NCBI GenBank assembly: GCA_018645275.1
Contig: JABGOW010000489.1
Location: forward strand, 1 to 38,036
Reading direction: 5' to 3'
Origin: Verrucomicrobiota bacterium
GTDB taxonomy: Bacteria; Verrucomicrobiota; Kiritimatiellia; UBA8416
Length of the DNA: 38,036 bases
Shown one piece after another: positions 30,389-38,036 of this stretch (position 1 is its first letter; each line of letters opens with the position of its first letter). The position numbers were made by a program, and so were the translations under genes. The notes beneath the pieces were generated by a model. The model saw only the letters and a list, made by a program, of their open reading frames with translations. It was not told the DNA's origin and searched no databases.

Positions 30389-30502
30389 AAAAGGCTCCAT
30401 TCATTTGGCGCATCCGGGATTCTCATTTCTCCCCTTACGACCTCATGGCTAGGGAGCATCCCCTCAATACACGATACAATCCATACGTCGTCGCACAACA
30501 CC

Positions 30503-30576
30503 ATCATGGCAAATGAGCCGCTGCCCAAGAACAGCAAAGATGCATCATTTCAGTCCTGCCACGCATCATCCGGGAA
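30503..30576 (-). promoter_or_regulatory. Direct-repeat (ATGATGC x2) promoter upstream of GH29
   Basis: GCATCAT at 30542 and 30563 (21 apart), with -10-like CATGAT at 30503-30508. Confidence 0.65.
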
Positions 30577-30641
30577 GACTGAATCCGTTTACTCAACCGG
30601 AACGCGCAGCTCGGTTGTGCTGCTTACGGAAACCCACAGAA

Positions 30642-31115
30642 TCAAATCGCGGCCTGCAAGCGTGTTGCACGAAACACGCCGACTATGCCGCCATCACTGA
30701 AACGCAGTGTGCCACCCCGGGCATTGTCGATATCGTTCGCCTTGTCGTAGAGCACGACCCTGTCTACCCGCATGCCCTTCTCCAGGTCGATGCGTATCCA
30801 AGGAGTCTGCTCTCCTTTCGATGACCATTCACCCTCAGGGGTCATGATGCCATCGACAGCCTTGTCGGCGCGGTATTGCTGTGAGTATTCAGAGGAAACT
30901 GACACTGATTCCACCACATTGAAGGGGACCGATTTCTCATAGAGCGGCACCAGCGGCTCGTAGTCAGCGTGATTGGCAAGGCGGTTTGCCTTGGCGGCGA
31001 CCATCTCGAAATAGGGGAAAGACAACCGTTCCCCCTGCGGCGTAAACCGCCTCGTGAACTTCTCCGAGCCTAACTACTCCGTTTCCTTTGCCGTAAACTC
31101 CATCAACATCTGCGA
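30642..31115 (-). pseudogene. Degraded gene fragment with an F5/8 type C (discoidin-like) domain
   Basis: VSVSSEYS..YRADKAVDG..EWSSKGEQTPWIRIDL..VDRVVLYD..GTLRFSDG. There is an in-frame TAG upstream, no signal peptide or RBS, and the C-terminus degenerates. Confidence 0.65.
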
Positions 31116-31162
31116 TGCTCAAGGTTCTACGAATGACAACCGATTTCAGGACGGGACCCCAC

Positions 31163-31190
31163 TATTCAATATTCAACTTTCAATATTCAA
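31163..31190. repeat. Heptamer tandem repeat, 4 units of TATTCAA
   Basis: tattcaa tattcaa ctttcaa tattcaa. Confidence 0.8.
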
Positions 31191-31251
31191 TTCTCCCACC
31201 TCTCACCAGATGTTGCATTTCTCTCCGTCTTGCATCATCATAGTCTACGAA

Positions 31252-32349
31252 ATGAACAGCCCCCAAAAATCAATCCTGTTGCTCGCCGAGTGGGCTGACC
31301 CGAGGTTCTACAAGGGGGTCGCGCGGTATGCCAAGCAGGCAAACTGGCACCTGAACCTCGACGGCATATACGGGGGCAGGCTACCAACCGACTGGGAGGG
31401 TGACGGGTGCATCCACCTGGTCCAGAGCAAGGAAGCCCTGGACTTCATTGAGATGCTCAACGTCCCTTCCCCTGTGATGGGTGGAAATGCAGTCGGGGAA
31501 GGCCGTGAGGCCGCCGACTACTTTGCCCGTCTCGGGTTCCGGCATTTCGCCTTCTATACGACAGATCACTCTCAACCCATGTCACAGTCCCGATTCAGGG
31601 GGTACAAGGATCGACTGAAAGAGCTGGGGTTCTCTGCAACCGTACTGGACTGGGGTAAGAAGGGATCCATGAAGAAGGTTGCCTGGAAGGCGCGCAAGCA
31701 ATGGCTGAGCGGCAGACTGAAGCAACTGCCTAAACCGGTCGCCGTGTTCTGTATCGATGACCGACGCGCCCTGAGCCTGGTGGAGGCCTGCATGGATGTC
31801 GATATCGAGATACCCAACGAGGTGGCCGTTCTCGGTGTGGGTAACATGGAACTCGCCTGTGAGTGTTCGGCCGTTCCGCTCTCAAGCATCCGCCTTGATT
31901 TCGAACGACGGGGGTATGAGTCCGCAGCCATGCTGGACAGGATTCTCGATGGGGAGCAAGTAACCGAGCCCCTCATCCTGCCCTACGCGGGCATCGAAGA
32001 GCGCCGCAGCACCTACACGCTGGCGGTGGATGATGAACGCGGACGCAAGGCGCTGCGCTTCATGCTCGACAACTTCCACCGGCCGATTGGCGTCACCGAT
32101 ATCGCCGCTGCCGGCGGACTGACCCGCTGGCAACTCTCCTGCATCACAAAGCGGGATCTGGACACCACCCCGACAAAGCTACTCGAAGACACCCGCATCA
32201 ACAAAGCCTGTGAACTGCTCCGCACGACCAACTTCCCCATCAAGCGCGCCGCCTACGAGACCGGTCTCGGCACCGCCCTGCGCCTGCAGCGCATCTTCCG
32301 CAAACGGTTTGAGACCACGCCCAGTGCGTGGCGGAAGGCGCAGAAATAG
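31252..32349 (+). CDS. XylR-type regulator (periplasmic-binding-fold sensor plus AraC HTH)
   Basis: Start MNSPQK. Motifs GVARYA, LGFRHFAF, LPKPVAVFC, IPNEVAVLGV, PLSSI, ERRST and a C-terminal HTH ending FRKRFETTPSAWR. Confidence 0.9.
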   Translation: MNSPQKSILLLAEWADPRFYKGVARYAKQANWHLNLDGIYGGRLPTDWEGDGCIHLVQSKEALDFIEMLNVPSPVMGGNAVGEGREAADYFARLGFRHFAFYTTDHSQPMSQSRFRGYKDRLKELGFSATVLDWGKKGSMKKVAWKARKQWLSGRLKQLPKPVAVFCIDDRRALSLVEACMDVDIEIPNEVAVLGVGNMELACECSAVPLSSIRLDFERRGYESAAMLDRILDGEQVTEPLILPYAGIEERRSTYTLAVDDERGRKALRFMLDNFHRPIGVTDIAAAGGLTRWQLSCITKRDLDTTPTKLLEDTRINKACELLRTTNFPIKRAAYETGLGTALRLQRIFRKRFETTPSAWRKAQK

Positions 32350-32399
32350 GAGGAAGTCGGCACGCATTGTGGCTCCCCCCCGATGCGTCGGGGCTCAAG

Positions 32400-32626
32400 C
32401 GCTTCAGGGAGCAATTCCCGCTTGTTGATACGCGATTCCGGGGGTTGCACCCCCGGCTGGCGTGTTACTCCCCTTCGGGGAGCCGGAATCACCTCCGCAA
32501 TGGAGACAAACAGGTCTCTCTTCATCAGGAGCGGGGACCACGTCCCCAACGGGGACAAACATGATAGCCCAGCCAGAATGGCTGGGGATCGTTGCCATCC
32601 AAAATCATGGCTCCCTGAAAGGGAGC
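32400..32626. repeat. Two divergent multi-hairpin REP-like units
   Basis: CCGGGGG-ttgca-CCCCCGG and CTCCCC-ttc-GGGGAG, then the inverted unit GTCCCC-aac-GGGGAC, CCCAGCC-agaat-GGCTGGG and GCTCCC-tgaaa-GGGAGC. Confidence 0.7.
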
Positions 32627-32730
32627 AACAATGGGCACCACATACACAACGATCTCAGCACGCAAATGGCGCGATCCCGCGAGAAAACCGCGGGATCGTG
32701 CACCGCCGCCTCACAGAAATTCCTTCGAGT

Positions 32731-35700
32731 CTACTTGAACTTGAAGATCGCCCCTATAGCTGGCATCCGCAGGACGCCACTGCCACTGAAGTAGGTATCA
32801 TCCTCATTGTCTGCGCCACTGCCGACCGCACCGTACGTGCCCTTGGTGTGTTGCTGTACACCATTCAGATACAGTGATCCCACGGTCTGATCAATCCCGC
32901 TGGCCAGATCCATTTTGGCGCCCGATGCAATCCGTACGGTGCCTTCTGTATTCAGGCTTCCGCCAGCCGCAAGTGCGAGTACACCGGCATTGATCGTGAG
33001 GTAACCGGTGGTAGTGTTGGCGCCGGATAGCGTCTGCGTGCCGGCGCCATTCTTGAGCACTATGACACCATTCTGAATCGAGCCGCTGAAATTGCCGTCG
33101 CCGTCGTTGTTTCCAAGCCACAAAATGCTGGTGTTGCCTGTGTCGGATTCGTAAACCGTGCCGCTGCCGTCGAGGGCGTCGATCTTGAATGTTCCGGTCC
33201 GGATGTCGAGCGTTGCGTCGACCGTAACATCAAAGTTACCCGAACCTGCCACCACCCCTGCGTTCGGGTTGACGATCAGGTAGCCGCCCTCGATCGAGAT
33301 GGCGCCACTGAAGCTGTCGAGACTGGTCTTACTGGTGCTCCAGGCGATGTCCTGATGACCCGAGCCACTCTTGACCAGCGTGCCGGAGCCCAGAATGGAG
33401 CCACCGCTCCAGATGGAGCGATCTACTGTCGATGCCGTATTTGTCAGTTCCAGGAAGCCGCCGCTGTTGATCGTTATCGTGCCGACATCCTGCCGGCTTC
33501 CAGCATTGCTCTGCGCCGACGTGTCCAGTACCAGCGTGCCTTCACTTTCAATCGTGGTCGACGATGTAGCGCGCGTCCACGTACCACCCGTCAAGCTGGG
33601 TTGCTCCACCAGCGTGCCGCCATTAATCGTCGTCGTTCCGTCGTATGTATTTCCTTCAGCGTTGGCCAACGTCTGCGTGCCGCTGCCGCTCTTGATCACT
33701 GAGAAGCCATCTGGATCAACCAGCGTGATCGCCCCACTGAAGGTGCCGCTACCATCGTTGTTACCGAGGCTGAGTGTGTTTCCAGTGCCACTGGAATTCT
33801 TTACGGTGCCTGCACCATCAAGAGAATCGATCAGAACCGTGCCACTGCGTACGTCAAATTCGGCACCCAAGGCAACGGTCACATCCGAATTACCCGACCC
33901 CGCCGTGCCAGTATTACCGGAGTTCACCGCGAGCGACCCCTCATCGACACTGATTGCACCATTGAAGCTATTCAGACTGGCTGCGCTCCCGCTCCAGGCG
34001 ATGTCTGCTGGGGATCCACCACTCTTAACCAGCGTACCACTGCCCAAAAGAGAGCCTCCCGTCCATATATATTTGTCGGTTCCTGTGTTGCTACTGTCGT
34101 GATGGAGCTCAAGCGTTGCTCCGCTATTGATCGTAATGGTACCCACATCCAGTCTGGATCTATTATCAGTATAGGAAGTTGTATCGATAATCAGCCTAGC
34201 GCCGTCGGCAATGGTCGTCTCGCTCATCGGCCGAGTCCAGTCCGGATTGTTCAGGCTGGCTGCAGTACCATCACCGACCGTCACTTCCCTCAGCGTGCCG
34301 TCAGAAACGGTCAAGGTGCCGCTGTAGGCATTGCTCTCCGCGTTGGCCTGCGTCAGTGTGCCGTCGCTGTCTTTGACTATGGAGTACGTATTACCGGCAC
34401 CGCTATTATAGTCGGCTATCCCCAATTCATTGGTCAGAGTCACCCCGCTCGCAATGTCAAACGTCAGCGTTCTGTTCCCATTGAAATCTCCGGGAGTAAT
34501 CAGGTTGTCCGAACCGCTCACGTCCTCAATCAGTGAGTCCGCTGTTACGGTCACGGCGTCGAGAACAACAAACGATCCCCACGCAGTATTCAACCCACCT
34601 TTGCTTTCCAGTGTCCCGCCATTCAGGGTGAGGTTATCAAATGTAGTGACCGTTGCGGATGAGTCAATCACCCCACCGCTATTGACAACTACATCCGGGA
34701 TTGACCCGTCTTTGCTGAGCTGGTTGAAGTGGCCAAAGGCCAGCGTGCCACCATTGTTGATCGTGACGGTTCCCTGTGGCCCGGGGGGATTGGCGCCTCG
34801 ACTGAGTATCAGCGTACCGTGGTCGATGGTTGTCGCCCCGCTGTAAATGACGGTTTTCGTTTGTTCGGACAGCGTGAGGGTATCGGTAGCATCCTGAGCG
34901 TTGAGGGTCAGCCCAAAGGATCCGCCGGAGTCGCTGATCACTCCACCGAGGGTCAACGGACCCTCGTTCTCAATCGTTAGATCGTCTTCCAGCGTGATTG
35001 GGGTGCTGTCCGTATAGGCGACACTGGAGCTGATGAGCGTTTTGGTTCCACTCGAGCCAGCCTCGACAGTCAAACCCGCCTTGGTCGTGAAAGTTCGGGT
35101 AGCTCCGGAAATCTTCAACTCGGCATCAGCGGTGCCCGATGTATCACCGAGGTGAACGGTAGTAGCGGCAGTACCCAGGGCACTATCACTTGACTGCGCT
35201 TCAAGCCGCCCGGCCTTGACCTCGACCTTGGCAACACTCTTAGTGCCTCCACCGAAAAGGACGCTGCCGCTGGAGGTGTCCACGACAAAGGAGCCATCTC
35301 CGCTGATGTTGCCATCAAAACGGTTGGCGGCACCCAGTACTTGATCGCTGCTGTATTTAAAAACGGCACCGGAGGCTATTGAGAGTTCTCCATGATAATC
35401 GCCAACCTTGCCCGAACCGCCGATCTCCAGCGTGCCTTCGTCGACGGAGGTGTCGCCCGTGTAGGTGTTGGCGCCGGTGAGCGTCAGCGTGCCGCTGTTG
35501 GTCTTGGTGAGACCGTCGGCTGTACCGGCGATGACGCCGCCACCCAAGCTGTAGTCAGACGAAGAGTCCACAAGAATGCTGGCTGGACTGACCGTGCCCG
35601 AAATGCTGACCGTGCCCGCCCCTGTATCCAGGAACTGCACGGCATCGCCATCGTCGTATGTTCTCCCGCTCCAACTGGTCGCGTCACTTGTCCCCGTCCA

Positions 35701-36438
35701 GGTTGTATCGGGACTGCCGTCCCATGTCAGTGCAGGAGCGGCTGTAACTTGGAAATACTGTAATTTGGCACCGCTCCAGGTGCCGCCAGCACCTATGGTG
35801 GTGGTGAAATAGGCGCCGACGGAAATGATGTTATCGGGATCAGCCGGGTTTGCTCCTCCCCCCGTTACGCCAAACAGACTGAATGAACTCCACGTTAAAT
35901 CTCCAATAGCCGTATTGATGGTGGTGTAGTCATCATCAGTCAGCGTCTGGTTACTCTGATACCAGCCGTCCGCAGTTTCGATAAGATATCTAGCGGTGGT
36001 TGTTCCACCGCGAGTTGCAAACTCTATAGCGAATGAGGCCAGGACCCTGTCGCTGGTCATGAAGTCAGGTGCTTCCCAGGCAATCATGCTCTCAACAGTG
36101 CCCCCGGCACCGCCGAAGTTCTTCACCATCTGAATAGCATCTGTACCACCGGCACCGCCATTTTCATTAGGACCAAAAGGGTTCCCGTTTGGGTCCATCG
36201 CCCCGTAATAATTGCGGGTCTGCCCTGCCGCATTCGTCGAATACCCACTGGCTCCGTCAGCCGGACTAACATAGGTACCGGTGTAAGTCGTGCCGTAACT
36301 GCCGTTGGCATTGGCGGTCACGATCGTGTCGTCACCACCGGACTCACCCCACTTGACGATGGTAGACGCCGAAGCACCGCTGGACAGGCAAAGCATGGCG
36401 ACAACGACCCACGACGTATTTTTGAATGTGCTCTTCAT
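32731..36438 (-). CDS. Large secreted beta-helical protein with autotransporter-associated beta-strand repeats, no beta-barrel, C-terminal PAIGAIFKFK tail
   Basis: AAGGAG precedes MKSTFKN (36438), then a signal peptide. Multiple LTKxxxGTLTLxGxNTYxGxTxxxxGTL repeats. G/T/S/D-rich. Confidence 0.88.
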   Translation of the reverse strand: MKSTFKNTSWVVVAMLCLSSGASASTIVKWGESGGDDTIVTANANGSYGTTYTGTYVSPADGASGYSTNAAGQTRNYYGAMDPNGNPFGPNENGGAGGTDAIQMVKNFGGAGGTVESMIAWEAPDFMTSDRVLASFAIEFATRGGTTTARYLIETADGWYQSNQTLTDDDYTTINTAIGDLTWSSFSLFGVTGGGANPADPDNIISVGAYFTTTIGAGGTWSGAKLQYFQVTAAPALTWDGSPDTTWTGTSDATSWSGRTYDDGDAVQFLDTGAGTVSISGTVSPASILVDSSSDYSLGGGVIAGTADGLTKTNSGTLTLTGANTYTGDTSVDEGTLEIGGSGKVGDYHGELSIASGAVFKYSSDQVLGAANRFDGNISGDGSFVVDTSSGSVLFGGGTKSVAKVEVKAGRLEAQSSDSALGTAATTVHLGDTSGTADAELKISGATRTFTTKAGLTVEAGSSGTKTLISSSVAYTDSTPITLEDDLTIENEGPLTLGGVISDSGGSFGLTLNAQDATDTLTLSEQTKTVIYSGATTIDHGTLILSRGANPPGPQGTVTINNGGTLAFGHFNQLSKDGSIPDVVVNSGGVIDSSATVTTFDNLTLNGGTLESKGGLNTAWGSFVVLDAVTVTADSLIEDVSGSDNLITPGDFNGNRTLTFDIASGVTLTNELGIADYNSGAGNTYSIVKDSDGTLTQANAESNAYSGTLTVSDGTLREVTVGDGTAASLNNPDWTRPMSETTIADGARLIIDTTSYTDNRSRLDVGTITINSGATLELHHDSSNTGTDKYIWTGGSLLGSGTLVKSGGSPADIAWSGSAASLNSFNGAISVDEGSLAVNSGNTGTAGSGNSDVTVALGAEFDVRSGTVLIDSLDGAGTVKNSSGTGNTLSLGNNDGSGTFSGAITLVDPDGFSVIKSGSGTQTLANAEGNTYDGTTTINGGTLVEQPSLTGGTWTRATSSTTIESEGTLVLDTSAQSNAGSRQDVGTITINSGGFLELTNTASTVDRSIWSGGSILGSGTLVKSGSGHQDIAWSTSKTSLDSFSGAISIEGGYLIVNPNAGVVAGSGNFDVTVDATLDIRTGTFKIDALDGSGTVYESDTGNTSILWLGNNDGDGNFSGSIQNGVIVLKNGAGTQTLSGANTTTGYLTINAGVLALAAGGSLNTEGTVRIASGAKMDLASGIDQTVGSLYLNGVQQHTKGTYGAVGSGADNEDDTYFSGSGVLRMPAIGAIFKFK

Positions 36439-36523
36439 GATGTTCTCCTTCGCTCTTTCTGCCGATCGGTATGAGGTGCTTTTGGCCAGCACATCCCGAC
36501 ACGAGATCCCTTGCATATGATCT

Positions 36524-36597
36524 ATTATCCCAAGGACGCGCCCATTAGGGCAACGCAAGACAGGCATCATTCGGGGGTGCGATGCATCATTTGGGGA
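36524..36597 (-). promoter_or_regulatory. Direct-repeat (ATGATGC x2) promoter upstream of the beta-strand repeat protein
   Basis: GCATCAT at 36564 and 36584 (20 apart), with -10 GATAAT at 36524-36529 and TTGCCC 18 bp upstream of it. Confidence 0.65.
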
Positions 36598-36610
36598 GAC
36601 TTCTTCTTGC

Positions 36611-36674
36611 GTAGGACGGGCATCCTGCCCGTCTGTGCAATACGGCCTACAGACGGACAAGATGTCCGTCCTAC
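36611..36674. repeat. GTAG-type REP doublet (intergenic)
   Basis: GTAGGACGGGCATCCTGCCCGTC ... GACGGACAAGATGTCCGTCCTAC. Confidence 0.85.
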
Positions 36675-36717
36675 GAAGAGAGTGGCGACGGAATCCGATG
36701 ACCAGTCAAGTTTCAGC

Positions 36718-38034
36718 CTACCGAACCACAAACACCATCCCCACTGGATCCGGCGCCTTGACTCTCAGTAGCACGTTGTCGATCGTGACTTCAGAGTCGG
36801 CCACAGCATCACGGGCGAATACGAGCGTGACGTAGTCGAAATCCTCAACACCGCTAAATCCCCACTGCTCAAGATCAACCACCTCGGCAAATCTCGCGGA
36901 ACCTGCCGTCACGCCAGTCAGTGTGACCAATGGAGAGTAGTCTACCCCAAAATAGGCAGAAGGCGCCGATTCTGAAATCGTATCCCCTCCGACAAACTCA
37001 GAGGAGCTTATGTCCGTGTTGTCGAAATCCAGCTCAAGATACTGATATCGCCCGATACCACCGGCGGCGCCATGTCCATAGTTGCCGATGCGGGAAAGGG
37101 AGTTGGTGTAGGAACCCCGGGTTCCGAACAGATAGACGGAAAGCGACTCACCGGCGGCCGCCAACGTGTAATCAAAGCTCAGGCTGAGCTTCGTTCCTGT
37201 CATCGCTGTCCCCACACGAACCCCCTGCACCAGAGCGCCCTCACTGGCGGCATCATCCGTATCCCCGGCATTGCGCAAAACGCCGCCGGAAATCGTCCAA
37301 TTCCCAACCGCCGAGCGCCAACCGTCGCCTAGGTCGTCCGGCCGATAATTACCGCCGTCTTGTGTCAGGGTGTCGATTGCAAAGGAGTCACGAATAAGGC
37401 TACCCGCCCGGAAAGACGAAGCAACCAGACCGGCCCCGTTCCGCAGGTTGGGCTGGGCGACCTCACTCCAGGCGAAACGCATGGTCGTCGGAACGGGCAC
37501 CGCCGGGGAACTGAGGACCACCTTCTTGCCGCTCACCACGGCAGTGGCCGAGGTATAGACGCCTTCGCTCACTTCAAGCTCGAACCAATCAGGAGCCAGC
37601 CCATCGCTGGTCGTCAGGCCGGTAGCAGAATCAAAAGTGACCTCCAGCGTACTGCCGACGGTCTTCAGGTACTGGAACGTCGGTCCAGTGCTGATGATGT
37701 TCTGACCGTAGGTGTTAGCCAGCGCCAGCAATGCCAGGCGCTCTCCGGGTACTTGCTTATTCCTGGGATGAAGCTCAGTGAGGTCCGTGGCTCCCGTTGA
37801 GTCGTGCACGGCATCCGTGATCACTGCCATACCGGCATTGGTAACCTCACCGAGAACTGCGGACTGCGCTTCCCAGAAAAACGGGAGGACGCCATCGTCG
37901 ATGGCTGTGGTGGCGTTCGCGGTGTAGTCAAATGGCGCGATCTGCACGTAGTAAAACGGGAAGGCTTCGCCCCACAGGGAGCGCCAGCCATCGATGAGAG
38001 CCTTCTTCTTTGCCACATAGGTCAACGGCTGCCC
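36718..38034 (-). CDS. Sialate O-acetylesterase-type protein with an extra C-terminal beta-domain and a PDPVGMVFVVR tail; 5'-truncated by the window edge
   Basis: Frame is open to the window end. Motifs LIDGWR, PFYYVQIAPF, LHPRNKQVPGERLA and RFAWS..PNLRNGAGL..SFR. Confidence 0.85.
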   Translation of the reverse strand, partial: GQPLTYVAKKKALIDGWRSLWGEAFPFYYVQIAPFDYTANATTAIDDGVLPFFWEAQSAVLGEVTNAGMAVITDAVHDSTGATDLTELHPRNKQVPGERLALLALANTYGQNIISTGPTFQYLKTVGSTLEVTFDSATGLTTSDGLAPDWFELEVSEGVYTSATAVVSGKKVVLSSPAVPVPTTMRFAWSEVAQPNLRNGAGLVASSFRAGSLIRDSFAIDTLTQDGGNYRPDDLGDGWRSAVGNWTISGGVLRNAGDTDDAASEGALVQGVRVGTAMTGTKLSLSFDYTLAAAGESLSVYLFGTRGSYTNSLSRIGNYGHGAAGGIGRYQYLELDFDNTDISSSEFVGGDTISESAPSAYFGVDYSPLVTLTGVTAGSARFAEVVDLEQWGFSGVEDFDYVTLVFARDAVADSEVTIDNVLLRVKAPDPVGMVFVVR

Positions 38035-38036
38035 GT

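Noticed and set aside
31213-31244. GCATCAT upstream of XylR as a fourth ATGATGC site
   Set aside because: Only one full copy and the partner spacing is 17 bp. Better explained as part of the regulator's own promoter, though autoregulation is not excluded.
32383-32877. Small ORFs between XylR and the repeat protein
   Set aside because: They are translations of hairpin repeats with no protein-like features.
32731-36438. Classical type Va autotransporter
   Set aside because: No C-terminal beta-barrel or terminal aromatic residue.

Overview
GC-rich bacterial accessory region devoted to polysaccharide breakdown. Gene content and protein style suggest the PVC superphylum (Kiritimatiellota/Lentisphaerota-like), which is an inference. 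It encodes five complete Cys-type S1 sulfatases, a partial GH78 rhamnosidase, two sialate-O-acetylesterase-type proteins, a GH107-like endo-fucanase with an unusual Zn-ribbon/TM N-terminus, a double-domain GH29 fucosidase, and an AraC-divergent operon (UroD-family, ROK kinase, MFS porter, GH92 x2). It also encodes LacI and XylR-type regulators, a twin-LamG protein and a barrel-less autotransporter-repeat protein. No rRNA, tRNA, CRISPR array or intact transposase was seen. Most notable: (1) three unrelated surface-type proteins end in the same short motif, Pro-x(1-2)-G-x-h-h-x-h-x-COOH (h = hydrophobic), a candidate sorting signal in place of PEP-CTERM; (2) three distant promoters share an ATGATGC direct-repeat pair at a fixed distance from a -10 box; (3) a 36-bp palindromic element sits in-frame in two different sulfatases in different reading frames, and a REP doublet is also translated inside one; (4) the region is a mosaic of intact modules separated by gene scars and several REP-like families.
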